A DNA stretch of 58,070 nucleotides from Gammaproteobacteria bacterium (GTDB taxonomy: Bacteria > Pseudomonadota > Gammaproteobacteria > Steroidobacterales > Steroidobacteraceae): the NCBI GenBank assembly GCA_027307325.1, contig DAHUXE010000057.1, positions 1 to 58,070 of the forward strand. The letters run 5' to 3'. Shown here in pieces: positions 31,571-41,266 of the stretch. A program made the position numbers and the translations under genes. Within the stretch, counting starts at the first letter, position 1. The number at the start of each line of letters is the position of its first letter. The notes under the pieces were generated by a model. It was not told the origin of the DNA. It ran no database searches and worked only from the letters and a program-made list of their open reading frames with translations.

Positions 31571-33850
31571 TCACGGTGTCGCTCCTGCGTACCACATGAT
31601 GTCGTTCTGTCCCGGCTCGTTACCGGGCGCCGCGCTCGGCAGCGGCAGCTCGTTGAGAAGCTCCGCGAGCGCGATCGGCCGGCCGATCGCAAAGCCCTTG
31701 CCAGAGTAGACGCCGAGCCCGGCCACGTGCTCGCTGATGGCCTCGGTCTCGATGTATTCGGCCACCGTGATGATCGACATGCTGCGGGCGAGCTCGGCGA
31801 TGGCGCGCACCATGGACGCGGCGCGCTTGTCCCTGGTGACGTCGCGGATGAAGCTGCCGTCGATCTTCAGCATGGTGATCGGCAGCTGCCGCAGGCACGC
31901 GAGCGAGGAGAGGCCGGTGCCGAAGTCATCGAGCGCGACGCCGCAGCCGAGCTTGCGCAGGCGGCGCATCAGCTCCTCGGCGCGCGGCAGGTGCGCGACG
32001 GTGGCATTCTCGGTGAGCTCGAAGCAGAACAGGTCGGGATCGAGACCGCTCTCGGCGATCGCCTGGATGAGGAAGTCGGCGAAGGTGTCGTCATCGAGCG
32101 ATTGGCCGGAGAAATTGATGGTGAAGCCGAGCGCCTTGCCCTCGAGCACGCCGGCGCGCGGCTTCAGCGCCTCGATCACGTGGTTGACCACCCAGCGGTC
32201 GATGGCCGGCATCAGCTGGTAGCGCGCGGCCGCCGCCAGGAAGCTGTCCGGGCCCATCGTGAGACCGTCGTCGCTCAACATGCGCAGCAGCAGCTCGTAG
32301 TGCGGCCGGGCGTTGTCGGCGACGGAGAACGGCAGGATGAGCTGCGCGTCGAGCCGCAGGCGATTGTTCTCGATGGCATCGCGCAGCTGCGCGGCGACGC
32401 TGATGTCGGCGAAGCGGCGCACGATGCTGGTGTCGCTCGCCTGGTAGACCTCGACGCGGTTGCGCCCGCGGTCCTTGGCGGCCTTGCAGGCGCTCTCGGC
32501 GGCCGCCAGCACGTGCCCGAGCTCGCCGCCTTCGGGGTCGAGGAGCGCCACCCCGATGCAGATCGAGACCGGCGGATATGATTCGCCCGGGCCCGGCCCG
32601 ATGTGCTCCGCGCCGGCGCGCAGCGCCTGGGCGAACTTCGCCGCATCCTCGACCTGCGCCGGCAGCAGCACCGCGAAGCGGTCGCCCGAGATGCGCGCCC
32701 CGAAGGCGCCCGGTGGCAGGCTCTTGCGAAACAGCTCCCCGAGCTGCCCGAGCACCGAGTCGCCGATGTGCATGCCGGCCTTCTCGTTGATGGCGTGCAG
32801 CTGATCGACGTCGATGTAGAGCGCGCTCCACGGCTGGCTGCTCCGGGTGTCGGTCACGACCGCGGCGAGACGCCGCTCGAAGGCGGGGCGGGTATAGAGA
32901 CCGCTCAGGGCGTCGTAGCTCGACTCGACGACGTCGAGCGCCTTGCGGGCGATGATCTGGGCGATGTGCGCATCGCGCAGGCTGAAGTGCTCGCCCGTCT
33001 CGTCGCGCAGCAGCGCCAGCATGCCGATGCAGCGGCCGGCGCGCGAGCGCAGCGCGCAGGCGAGCACGCGGTACGGGTAGGTGTCGGCGAGTCCGACCTC
33101 TACGTCGTTGACGATGAGCGGCTCGGCCCGCGCCTGGGCACGCGTCATCAGCTTGCGGTGCGCCCGCGTCATGAAGCGCGCATCCGGCTGGGCGCCGTTG
33201 CTCGCGCGCAGCAGCGTCAGGTTCTTCTCGGGAACGAGCAGCGCCCCGGTGGTGGCGCGCAGATGCTCGATGGTGTGCTGCAGCAGCTGCTGCAGATCGT
33301 TGCCCCCGTCCGGCGCCAGCGTGTCCGCCGTGCCATGCGAGAGCACCAGCTCGAGATCGCGGTTGAGCTCGGCGAGCGCGCCGTGCAGCTCGTCGATGTT
33401 GGCGCCGGCGATGAACTCGCGCCGCAGGCACTCGAGCGCCGGCGCGAGCAGCGAATGCGCAAAAGAGGAGTCCTGCTGCTTACGCTCGCCGTGGTCGCTC
33501 GGGCGGCAGACGACCGCGACGATCGCCAGCAGGCCGCCGGCATCGTCGCGCAGCGAGCACAGGTAGACCGGCAGGTCGCCCTCGAGGGTGCGCAGCTGCC
33601 AGGCGTCGTCGCCCTCGCTCGAGCGCGCCGCTATCAGCGCATCCTCCACCACGTTCATGAGATCGGGCCCCGTCATGGTGTCCGAGGACCAGAGGAGCTC
33701 GCCGCCCCCCGCGCCGAAGATCGCCAGACTCGAGGCGCGCGGCAGCAGCGAGCGCACGAGGCGGAAGAAGGGCTCGAACCGGGCAGCGGACTGCTCGGCC
33801 GGCGAATCGCTGATTGGAGGCGTGCTCACGGGTCGCCGTCGGATTTCCAC
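31571..33850 (-). CDS. Multidomain c-di-GMP protein: N-terminal sensor (GAF-like) region, degenerate GGDEF (SGDRF), intact-looking EAL (ELL...DDFGTG...KIDGSF)
   Basis: 759-aa ORF; motifs read from the translation. Confidence 0.9.
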   Translation of the reverse strand: MEIRRRPVSTPPISDSPAEQSAARFEPFFRLVRSLLPRASSLAIFGAGGGELLWSSDTMTGPDLMNVVEDALIAARSSEGDDAWQLRTLEGDLPVYLCSLRDDAGGLLAIVAVVCRPSDHGERKQQDSSFAHSLLAPALECLRREFIAGANIDELHGALAELNRDLELVLSHGTADTLAPDGGNDLQQLLQHTIEHLRATTGALLVPEKNLTLLRASNGAQPDARFMTRAHRKLMTRAQARAEPLIVNDVEVGLADTYPYRVLACALRSRAGRCIGMLALLRDETGEHFSLRDAHIAQIIARKALDVVESSYDALSGLYTRPAFERRLAAVVTDTRSSQPWSALYIDVDQLHAINEKAGMHIGDSVLGQLGELFRKSLPPGAFGARISGDRFAVLLPAQVEDAAKFAQALRAGAEHIGPGPGESYPPVSICIGVALLDPEGGELGHVLAAAESACKAAKDRGRNRVEVYQASDTSIVRRFADISVAAQLRDAIENNRLRLDAQLILPFSVADNARPHYELLLRMLSDDGLTMGPDSFLAAAARYQLMPAIDRWVVNHVIEALKPRAGVLEGKALGFTINFSGQSLDDDTFADFLIQAIAESGLDPDLFCFELTENATVAHLPRAEELMRRLRKLGCGVALDDFGTGLSSLACLRQLPITMLKIDGSFIRDVTRDKRAASMVRAIAELARSMSIITVAEYIETEAISEHVAGLGVYSGKGFAIGRPIALAELLNELPLPSAAPGNEPGQNDIMWYAGATP

Positions 33851-34020
33851 GAAGCCTTGTGTCGAACCTGAGCGACACCATTGCTCTTATGTCGTCGGCG
33901 ATCCTTGCGCGAGTTGGCGAATCAAGCGCTCGAGGGGCGATGCAGAGCGCAAAAGATTGACGGTGGTCACACCCCTCGAGGCAACGGCGCGCAGCCCCCG
34001 GGGTAGGGCGCAGCCGCGCT

Positions 34021-35244
34021 TCAGGGGTCGGCGGCCCTGAACCAGGGGCGGGGGTCGACGGGCTTGCCGCCCTTGCGGATCTCGAAATAGAGCTCGGTGC
34101 GCCCGGTACCGCCGCTGTCGCCGGCGGCGGCGAGTGTCTCCCCGGCGGCGACGCGCTCGCCCGCCGCCTTGTAGAGCCGCTCATTATGTCCGTAGAGGCT
34201 CAGGTACCCGTCGCCGTGGTCGACGATCGCCAGCAGCCCCAGGCCCGGGAGCCAGTCCGCATAGATCACGCGGCCCCCGCACACCGCCTTCACCGGCGAG
34301 CCCCGCTCGGTTGCGACCAGCACCCCGTCCCAGCGCACGCCGCCGGCGCGCGCATCGCCGAAGCGCGCTACCAGGTGGCCGCTCACCGGCCACGCGAGCT
34401 TGCCGCGCAGCCGTGCGAACGCCTCGTTGGTCTCGAGCGGGAAGCGTTCCATCGCCGCACGCAGCTCCTTCAGCAGCTGCTCGAGCCCGGCCTGCTGAGT
34501 GCGCAGCCGCTCGAGGTTCTGGGCGCGGGTGCGCGTCTCGGCCTCGAGCCCGGCGAGCACCTGCGAGCGCTGCGCGCGGGCACGCTCGAGCGCGCTCAGC
34601 TCGGCGCGCCGCTGCTGCTCGAGCCGCCCGAGCGCGGCGTCCTCGGCGTCGAGCTCGGCGGTGAGGTCGGCGAGGCGCTGCACGTCGTCCTGGATGATCC
34701 GGATCTCGCCGGCGCGCGCGCGGCCGAAATAGCCGTAGTAGACGAACATGCGCCCGGCGAGCGCCGGGTCCTCCTGGTTGAGGAGCAGCTTGAGCGGCTC
34801 CTGGCGGCCGATGGTGTAGGCGGCGCGCATCTCGCCGGCGAGATCGCCGCGGTTCTTCCCGAGCTGCGCCTCGCGCTCGTGCTGCTCGGCGGCAAGCGCG
34901 GTGCGGCGTGCGGCGTGCGCCGCCCGCTGGCGCTTGAGGTCGCTCAGGCTCTCGCGCGCGTGGCCCACCGAGAGCTCGGCAGTCCTCAGGTCCCTGGTCA
35001 GCCGGTCGCGCTCGACCTGGGCTTCGCTCACCTCCCGGGTGACGCGCTCGATCTCGGACTTGACGGCCTGCAGCTCCGCTTCGGCCTTCCTGGCGTCCGC
35101 CTGGGGCTTCGAGGCCTCGGGTTTCGCGGCGCCCCCGGCCATTCCCGCCGCGGCGAGGAGCAAGACCGCGGCAAACCCCCGGATACGGGCCCGGAGGCTA
35201 TAATGCGCGGCCTTTTTGGCCGTAACTCCGCGTCTTTGCCCCAT
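34021..35244 (-). CDS. EnvC-like murein hydrolase activator (coiled coil plus M23/LytM domain)
   Basis: 407 aa; long Q/E/R/L-rich coiled coil; C-terminal M23 domain (VDHGDGYLSLYGHN). Confidence 0.85.
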   Translation of the reverse strand: MGQRRGVTAKKAAHYSLRARIRGFAAVLLLAAAGMAGGAAKPEASKPQADARKAEAELQAVKSEIERVTREVSEAQVERDRLTRDLRTAELSVGHARESLSDLKRQRAAHAARRTALAAEQHEREAQLGKNRGDLAGEMRAAYTIGRQEPLKLLLNQEDPALAGRMFVYYGYFGRARAGEIRIIQDDVQRLADLTAELDAEDAALGRLEQQRRAELSALERARAQRSQVLAGLEAETRTRAQNLERLRTQQAGLEQLLKELRAAMERFPLETNEAFARLRGKLAWPVSGHLVARFGDARAGGVRWDGVLVATERGSPVKAVCGGRVIYADWLPGLGLLAIVDHGDGYLSLYGHNERLYKAAGERVAAGETLAAAGDSGGTGRTELYFEIRKGGKPVDPRPWFRAADP

Positions 35245-35662
35245 GGATCGTCTGCTCGAATTCCTCAGCCATCACCCCTGGTTAGGCACCGGCACCGCCG
35301 TCGCGGTGGCGCTGATAGTTGTATACGAGATGCGCGCGCGCGCGGAAGGCCAATTTTCGGTCTCGCCCCAGGAGCTCATCCGCCTCATGAACCAGGGGGC
35401 GCTGCTCCTCGACCTGAGGCCCGCGGATCGGTACCAGGAGGGGCACCTGGCCGGCGCCCGGCAGATGAGCGGCGAGGCGCTGCTCAGCGCCGGCGACACG
35501 CTGAAGAAGCACAAGGAAAAGACCGTCGTGGTCTACGACGACACCGGCTCGCTCAGCGCCCCCGCGGTCCGCCAGCTCCTCGCCCAGGGCTTCACCCGGG
35601 CCTTCACGCTGCGTGGCGGACTTACCGCCTGGCGCGCGGACAACCTGCCGCTCACCCGATGA
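35243..35662 (+). CDS. Rhodanese-domain inner-membrane protein (YibN-like)
   Basis: Start at MDRLLEFLSHHPWLG; TM helix plus rhodanese domain; followed by grxC-secB-gpsA as in enterobacteria. Confidence 0.8.
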   Translation: MDRLLEFLSHHPWLGTGTAVAVALIVVYEMRARAEGQFSVSPQELIRLMNQGALLLDLRPADRYQEGHLAGARQMSGEALLSAGDTLKKHKEKTVVVYDDTGSLSAPAVRQLLAQGFTRAFTLRGGLTAWRADNLPLTR

Positions 35663-35925
35663 ATACCGCGCCGGTCGAGATGTACGCAGCCGACTGGTGC
35701 CCGTACTGCGCGCGGGCACGGGCGCTGCTTCAGTCGAAGGGAGTCGCGTTCACCGAGATCGACGTGGAGGCAGTTCCCGGAGCGCGCAGCGAGATGGCGG
35801 CGCGCGGCGGCGGCGACACCGTCCCGCAGATCTTCATCGGCGGCACGGCGGTGGGCGGATGCGATGAGCTGCAGGCGCTCGATGCCGTCGGACGCCTCGA
35901 TCCCTTATTGAAAAACGGAGCTTGA
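35659..35925 (+). CDS. grxC: Glutaredoxin 3
   Basis: ATGA overlap with the rhodanese stop; MNTAPVEMYAADWCPYCARARALL with CPYC active site; 88 aa. Confidence 0.9.
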   Translation: MNTAPVEMYAADWCPYCARARALLQSKGVAFTEIDVEAVPGARSEMAARGGGDTVPQIFIGGTAVGGCDELQALDAVGRLDPLLKNGA

Positions 35926-35928
35926 GAA

Positions 35929-36414
35929 ATGGTGAATGAGACTGCCGGCGCGGCGCCGGCCAATGAACCGCCCGCCGACGCCCCGGTGCTCGCGCTGCAG
36001 AGCGTGTACCTCAAGGACTGCTCCTACGAGGCGCCCAACGGCCCGCGGGTCGACGGTGCCTGGAATCCGCAGGTGAACCTCGATCTGCAGACCGGCTCGT
36101 CGCTCCTGTCGCCGGAGCTGCGCGAGGTAGTGCTGACGGTGACCGTGTCCGCCAAGCAGAACGACGTCACGGTGTTCCTGGTCGAGGTGAAGCAGGCGGG
36201 CCTGTTCCTGATCCGAAACCTGAACGAGTCGGACCTGAAGCGCGCGGTGAGCACCGTGTGTCCCTCGGTGCTCTTCCCCTATGCGCGCAGCGCCGTGTCG
36301 CAGCTCGTGAGCTCGGGTGGCTTCCCGCAGTTCCTGCTGCCCCCGGTGAACTTCGATGCCCTGTATGCGGCGAACCAGGGACAGCCGCAGCCGCCCGCGG
36401 CGCAGGCCAACTGA
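35929..36414 (+). CDS. secB: Protein-export chaperone SecB
   Basis: 161 aa; SecB-like (CPSVLFPYARSAVSQLVSSGGFPQFLLPPVNFDALY). Confidence 0.9.
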   Translation: MVNETAGAAPANEPPADAPVLALQSVYLKDCSYEAPNGPRVDGAWNPQVNLDLQTGSSLLSPELREVVLTVTVSAKQNDVTVFLVEVKQAGLFLIRNLNESDLKRAVSTVCPSVLFPYARSAVSQLVSSGGFPQFLLPPVNFDALYAANQGQPQPPAAQAN

Positions 36415-36440
36415 GGGCGGCGCGCTCCGCCCTTAAGATT
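36415..36440 (+). terminator. Weak hairpin GGGCGG-cgcgct-CCGCCC followed by TTAAGATT after secB
   Basis: Read directly; short stem and poor U-tract, so this may only attenuate read-through into gpsA. Confidence 0.3.
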
Positions 36441-36456
36441 CGCCCGGGCTCCCCGC

Positions 36457-37473
36457 ATGACGGCACGCGCACTCGAGCACCCGGTCGCGGTGCTCGGCGC
36501 GGGCTCGTGGGGCACGGCGCTCGCGATCCAGCTCGCGCGCGGCGGGCGCGCGGTGCGCCTGTGGGGACGCGACCGGGAGCGTCTCGCCGCCATGGCGCGC
36601 GAGCGGCGCAACGAGCGCTACCTGCCGAGCGCGCCGTTTCCGGACTCCCTCGAGGTCGAAGCCGGCCTGCCGGCGGCGCTCGCCGCGGCCCGCGATGTCC
36701 TCGTCGTGGTGCCGAGCCCCGCGTTTCGCGGCGTGCTCGGCGCCCTCGCGCCGCACCTCGAGCCCGGGATGCACGTGGCCTGGGCCACCAAGGGATTCGA
36801 GCTCGCGAGCGGCCTGCTGCCCCACCAGGTAGCACGCGAGGTCTTGGGTCCCGAGCGGCGCATCGCGGTGCTCTCGGGTCCGACCTTCGCGCGTGAGGTC
36901 GGGGCGGGACTCCCGACCGCGATGACCGTCGCCTCGCCCGATGCGGCTTACGCCGAAGCGCTCGCCGCCGAGCTCAGCTCCGCGAATTTCCGCGCCTATA
37001 CCTCGACTGACATCATCGGCGTCGAGATCGGCGGCGCGGTGAAGAACGCGCTCGCCGTGGGAGCGGGGCTCTCCGACGGGCTCGGCTTCGGCGCCAACAC
37101 GCGCGTCGCGCTCATCACGCGCGGGCTGAAGGAGATGACGCGCCTCGGCGTGGCGCTCGGCGCCGACGCGCATACCTTCATGGGGCTCGCGGGGCTCGGC
37201 GACCTGGTGCTCACCTGCACCGACGACCAGTCCCGCAACCGCCGCTTCGGCCTGGCGATCGCAGCGGGCGCCACACCCGAGAAAGCGCTCGCCGGGATCG
37301 GCCAGTCGGTCGAGGGCTACGCCGCGGCGCGCGCCATCCGCGCGGTCGCCGCCCGCACCGCCGTCGAGATGCCGCTCTGCGACGTGGTGTACCGGGTGCT
37401 CTACGAGGCTTTGCCGGCGCGCGCTGCGGTGCGCGAGCTCATGAGCCGCCCTCTCAAGGCCGAAGTCGCCTAG
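36457..37473 (+). CDS. gpsA: NAD(P)H-dependent glycerol-3-phosphate dehydrogenase
   Basis: 338 aa; GAGSWGTALA Rossmann motif; GpsA sequence throughout. Confidence 0.95.
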   Translation: MTARALEHPVAVLGAGSWGTALAIQLARGGRAVRLWGRDRERLAAMARERRNERYLPSAPFPDSLEVEAGLPAALAAARDVLVVVPSPAFRGVLGALAPHLEPGMHVAWATKGFELASGLLPHQVAREVLGPERRIAVLSGPTFAREVGAGLPTAMTVASPDAAYAEALAAELSSANFRAYTSTDIIGVEIGGAVKNALAVGAGLSDGLGFGANTRVALITRGLKEMTRLGVALGADAHTFMGLAGLGDLVLTCTDDQSRNRRFGLAIAAGATPEKALAGIGQSVEGYAAARAIRAVAARTAVEMPLCDVVYRVLYEALPARAAVRELMSRPLKAEVA

Positions 37474-37514
37474 ACGCGCAAGTTGCGAAACGAGCGCAAG
37501 CTGCGAAGCTCCCC

Positions 37515-38126
37515 GTGATGCCGCCCGGCGGGTCGTGCGTACTCGGCTTCGCGCCGCACTCGGGGTGGGCGGCGGTGGTCGTCATCGGCGGCACGCCGGC
37601 CAATCCTCTGGTGCTGGCGCGCGAGCGGCTCGAGCTCAGCGATGCGAGCCTCCCGGGAGCGAAGCAGCCTTACCACGCAATCGAGGGGTTGCCGCTCGCT
37701 CAGGCCGCCGCGCGGCTCACAGCGTTCCGCGCCTCGGCGGCGCTGCGTGCCGTGTCGGGGGTGCGCACCCTGCTCGAGACCGCGCGCACCGCGGGCATCG
37801 AGCCGATCGGCGCCGGCATCCTCGACTCCTCGGGGCGCGATGGCGGGTCGCTCGAGGCAATCCTCGCCTCGCACGCGCTGATTCATAGCGCCGACGGCAA
37901 CCACTTCCGCGAGGCGCTCGGGTCCGCCTGCAGCGCCGAGCGGCTTCCCTGCACGCGCATCCGGCAGCGCGATCTGCCTGGCGAGGCCGCGCGGGCGCTG
38001 CGGCGCCCGCCCGAGGCGCTCATGGCGGCGGTGGCGCAGCTCGCGCGCGACGTCGGCTCGCCGTGGGGCGCGGACCAGAAGGGCGCCGCGCTCATCGCCT
38101 GGCTGCTGCTCGCGCGTAGCGCCTGA
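37515..38126 (+). CDS. Hypothetical protein
   Basis: 203-aa ORF with plausible composition; no recognised motif. Confidence 0.45.
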   Translation: MMPPGGSCVLGFAPHSGWAAVVVIGGTPANPLVLARERLELSDASLPGAKQPYHAIEGLPLAQAAARLTAFRASAALRAVSGVRTLLETARTAGIEPIGAGILDSSGRDGGSLEAILASHALIHSADGNHFREALGSACSAERLPCTRIRQRDLPGEAARALRRPPEALMAAVAQLARDVGSPWGADQKGAALIAWLLLARSA

Positions 38127-38147
38127 GGCGCCGGACGAGAGTGCACT

Positions 38148-38510
38148 TCAGGGAGTGGGCTTGGGCGCGCCGGCGACCGTGCGGAATACCCTCGCCGGGA
38201 TTGCGCGATTGACCGCGACATCCTCGGCGAAGCGCATCACCCCGCCCTCGGCATTGAGGTCGACGAACGCGAGCGCTTTCAGCAGGCCGTGAAACTGCTT
38301 GGCTCCCGCGTTCACCAGCGCGTAGACCTCCATGGTGCCGAGGCGCGGCCCCTCGAGGTTCTCCTCGATCAGCACCCGCTGGCAGCGCCGCGCCGTGCAC
38401 TCCTGCATGACCTCACGCATGTAGCGCACCACGGTGTCCGCGCTGTTACGCCCCGTGACCGTGGCATGCAGGTATCCCGGCTTCTGCTCGATCTTGAGCG
38501 TGTATGCCAC
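38148..38510 (-). CDS. Hypothetical protein
   Basis: 120-aa ORF (MAYTLKIEQKPGYLHATVTG...); no recognised family. Confidence 0.5.
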   Translation of the reverse strand: MAYTLKIEQKPGYLHATVTGRNSADTVVRYMREVMQECTARRCQRVLIEENLEGPRLGTMEVYALVNAGAKQFHGLLKALAFVDLNAEGGVMRFAEDVAVNRAIPARVFRTVAGAPKPTP

Positions 38511-38529
38511 CCGCGCAACCCTGCTGCGC

Positions 38530-38913
38530 TCAGGCGACGCCGGGGTAGATCTCGTCCGCCACCCAGTAGCAGGTGAGCGCGGCGGCCAGGATCGCGCCGG
38601 CGAGCCACAGCAGCCGGCGCCGCCCGCGCCACGCGGCGCGCAGCGGCGAGTATTGCAGTGGAATGTCGACGAGATACGCGGCGCAATAGCAGGCGTTCGC
38701 GAGCAGCGCGAGCACCGTGAGCGCGCCGAGGGCGCTCAGGGTGAAGGCGCCGCGGAAATGCGGCCAGGTGAACACGACCCAGCCGAGGAAGATCGCGCCG
38801 AGCAGCGCGTTGTAGCCGAGGCGCCGGGGTTCCCAGTAGCGCGCCGCGTCGGCCAGGATTTCCCGCAAGCGCGGCGCTGCCGCCTGTGTCGATGCCGAGC
38901 CGTGAGTCGCCAT
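38530..38913 (-). CDS. Hypothetical membrane protein
   Basis: Start at MATHGSAS; 127 aa; about 4 TM segments. Confidence 0.5.
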   Translation of the reverse strand: MATHGSASTQAAAPRLREILADAARYWEPRRLGYNALLGAIFLGWVVFTWPHFRGAFTLSALGALTVLALLANACYCAAYLVDIPLQYSPLRAAWRGRRRLLWLAGAILAAALTCYWVADEIYPGVA

Positions 38914-38986
38914 GGGCGGACCTCCCGTGTCCACGCTCGAGCACGATGATCCGCCGGTCCGCCGCCGCAACGCGGCGGCGCGATGC

Positions 38987-39715
38987 TCAAAGTCGCCCGA
39001 GGAACGTTGCCGCGAGGCGCAGCACCTCCTCGCGGCGCTCGCGGTGCGGAACGTGGCCGCAGCCCTCGAGGATCGCGGGCTCGCAGGGACCGCCGACACC
39101 CCGCGCAATGCGGCGCGGAAATGCCACCGATCCATACGCGTCGCGGTCGCCGTGGATCACCAGCACCGGGCAGATCACCGCCGGGAGTTGCTCATCGAGG
39201 CTCCACGAGCGAAACCCGGGCGACAGCCACACCTCGGCCCACGCATCGAGCACCCAGCGCGCCTTCGCGCCGTGCCAGCGGCTGAGCCTGGCGAAGTGCT
39301 CGGGACGGTCGAACTCCGCCCGCGCGGCGCGGATCCCCTCGAGGGTCCGTTCCTCCACGTACGCCTGCGCGGCCTCGGTGACGACCGCGACGCACCCGGC
39401 GTGCTCGGCGGCTGCGATCGCGAGCGCCATCGCGCCGCCCACGCTGTGGCCGAGCAGCGCGAAGCGCGTGAGGCCGAGGGCACCCTTCAGGGCGGGGAAG
39501 AATCGCCGCGCCTCGTCCGTCACGAAATCGACGGGCGGCCGCTCCGGGCGCGGCGTGGATCTGCCGAAGCCGAGCCGGTCGTAGGCGATGACTTCCATGC
39601 CCGTCGCGCCCGCGAGCGCCTCCGGGAAGTCCCGCCACTGCTCGACCGACCCGAGCGAGTCATGCAGCAGAACGATCGGCGGGCGCGGGTTGCCGCCGGG
39701 GTTCCAGCGGCGCAC
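38987..39715 (-). CDS. Alpha/beta-fold hydrolase
   Basis: 242 aa; HDSLGS oxyanion region; nucleophile elbow GHSVGG; C-terminal His. Confidence 0.8.
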   Translation of the reverse strand: MRRWNPGGNPRPPIVLLHDSLGSVEQWRDFPEALAGATGMEVIAYDRLGFGRSTPRPERPPVDFVTDEARRFFPALKGALGLTRFALLGHSVGGAMALAIAAAEHAGCVAVVTEAAQAYVEERTLEGIRAARAEFDRPEHFARLSRWHGAKARWVLDAWAEVWLSPGFRSWSLDEQLPAVICPVLVIHGDRDAYGSVAFPRRIARGVGGPCEPAILEGCGHVPHRERREEVLRLAATFLGRL

Positions 39716-39765
39716 GAAAATGCTTCCGCCGGCAAGGCCGACGAGCGCGTCGCGTGCCTCGATGC

Positions 39766-40056
39766 TCAGGCGCCTTCCACGATGCGCAGGTCGCGCTCGA
39801 CGGCGTCCCCGAGGGCGCGCAGCGCTTCCTGGTACGCCGGGCTATCGTGCGCGGCGAGGGCCTGCGCGAGGCTCTCGAACTCGATGAGGACGGTGCGCTG
39901 CGCGAGTCCGCCCTCGTAGACGCGCGCCGGCAGGCCGCGCGCCAGGAAGCGGCCGCCGGCCGCCTCGAGCGCGGGGAGCGCGAGCTTGGCGTACGCAGCC
40001 AGCGCCTGCGGGTCGCGTACCGAGCGGTACGCGGCGATCCAGTATGCTTTAGCCAT
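39766..40056 (-). CDS. DUF1330-family protein
   Basis: 96 aa; MAKAYWIAAYRSVRDPQALAAYAKLA... is typical of DUF1330. Confidence 0.75.
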   Translation of the reverse strand: MAKAYWIAAYRSVRDPQALAAYAKLALPALEAAGGRFLARGLPARVYEGGLAQRTVLIEFESLAQALAAHDSPAYQEALRALGDAVERDLRIVEGA

Positions 40057-40067
40057 GGTGGTAACCC

Positions 40068-40391
40068 TCAGCCCGTCTCGCCTTCGAGTTGCGCAGTCGT
40101 GACCGTCATCAGCGCGAACACGAACAGCCCGACGCTGAGGCCGAGCATCACGACGATGAGCTGGCGCATGCGGTAATCCCAGTCGCGGTTGTCGAGGTAC
40201 ACGGAGACGGCACCCAGCAGGTAGACGTAGCCGATGACGGCGAGCGGCGGCAGGGCCAGCCGCGGACGCGCCCTGAAGGCGGGCCCGACTTCGTGGCGCA
40301 ACAGCAGGAACCAGCCGATTTCCGCGACGATGAGCGCTCCGACCCAGAGATTCCAGCGGCGCAGCGCCGAGCTTTGTGAAGTGACTCGCAT
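40068..40391 (-). CDS. Hypothetical small membrane protein
   Basis: Start at MRVTSQSS; 107 aa; 3 TM segments. Confidence 0.5.
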   Translation of the reverse strand: MRVTSQSSALRRWNLWVGALIVAEIGWFLLLRHEVGPAFRARPRLALPPLAVIGYVYLLGAVSVYLDNRDWDYRMRQLIVVMLGLSVGLFVFALMTVTTAQLEGETG

Positions 40392-40414
40392 GGGTTGATC
40401 CCGCCTTCCGGTCC

Positions 40415-41242
40415 TCACTCGAGAGTTATTCGGCGTGCAGCGCTGCCGCTCGCCAGCCATGGGACGCCGCGCCAGGTCCCGGCGACCAGCCAGGCGCCGC
40501 CGGCGATCGCCGCCGATATGAGGAGCTCCGACCAATTCCCCTCATCGTGGGGGCGCGAGACGACGCGCGGCACCCACACGAGCAGGGTGAAGGTCCAGAG
40601 CATCGCGGCCTCGAGGCTCGCCGCGAGACGCGGCACGACGCCGAGCAGCATGCCGGCCGCGGCCGCGAGACTCGCAGCTCCCGTCAGGTAAGTCCAGCCG
40701 AGCGGAAAGCCCAGCCACTTCGGCACCAGACTCGCGGTGAGGTCGTGGTAGGCGAAGTGGCTGACGCCGATCATCGGCAATGCCGCGATCAGCAGCGCGC
40801 GCGCCGCGCGCACCCCGCTCTCGCCCACGGCGAAAGCGAGGTGGCGTCGCTCCCAGGCGCCCGCGTGGGCCGCGAACAGGCACCAGCCTCCGGCCGACAG
40901 GGCGGCCGTCTCGGCGAACGACTCCCAGCCCACCACGACCTGCGGAGCGAGCAGCAGCGGGGGGAGCTTGAGCAACACCAGCCACAGCAGCAGGAAGGGA
41001 AGCACGATCCGGCAGGCGAGCACGGTGAGCGGGCGCACCGCGAGCGCGAGGCCGCCCGCGAGCGCCACGAGCGAGCACGAGTACATGACGAGCGACCGGC
41101 CCGGCAGGCTCTTGGGGAGCGGCTCCCAGATCCCGGAGGAATTGCCGTAGATCAGGCCGGCGATGCCGAGGCCGGCGAGCGCGGCGGCGAAGGCGGCCCG
41201 GCTCGGCCGGATGGGACTGGCGATGGCTGAGACCACGCCCAA
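40415..41242 (-). CDS. Hypothetical polytopic membrane protein
   Basis: 275-aa hydrophobic ORF with about 8 TM segments. Confidence 0.55.
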   Translation of the reverse strand: MGVVSAIASPIRPSRAAFAAALAGLGIAGLIYGNSSGIWEPLPKSLPGRSLVMYSCSLVALAGGLALAVRPLTVLACRIVLPFLLLWLVLLKLPPLLLAPQVVVGWESFAETAALSAGGWCLFAAHAGAWERRHLAFAVGESGVRAARALLIAALPMIGVSHFAYHDLTASLVPKWLGFPLGWTYLTGAASLAAAAGMLLGVVPRLAASLEAAMLWTFTLLVWVPRVVSRPHDEGNWSELLISAAIAGGAWLVAGTWRGVPWLASGSAARRITLE

Positions 41243-41266
41243 TCATGAACAGCGCCGCGCAGATGA

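Noticed and set aside
35242-35245. Divergent envC-like and yibN-like genes appear to share overlapping start codons (CCATGG)
   Set aside because: This is most likely a start-codon assignment issue for the envC-like ORF. Its signal peptide starts about 20 codons in. I do not take it as a genuine biological overlap.
37515-38126. Candidate integrase or attI at the left boundary of the accessory region
   Set aside because: The 203-aa product has none of the tyrosine-recombinase R...HxxR...Y motifs. No ORF in the window resembles IntI. Cassette polarity also places intI to the right of the window.
38914-39765. Short spacers ending in cgatgCTCAAAG (38987) and cgatgCTCAGGC (39766), which resemble attC right ends
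   Set aside because: Only 50-70 bp is available, there is no recognisable inverse core or left arm, and matches to GC-rich short motifs are expected by chance. They are kept only as weak circumstantial support for the decayed-array idea.
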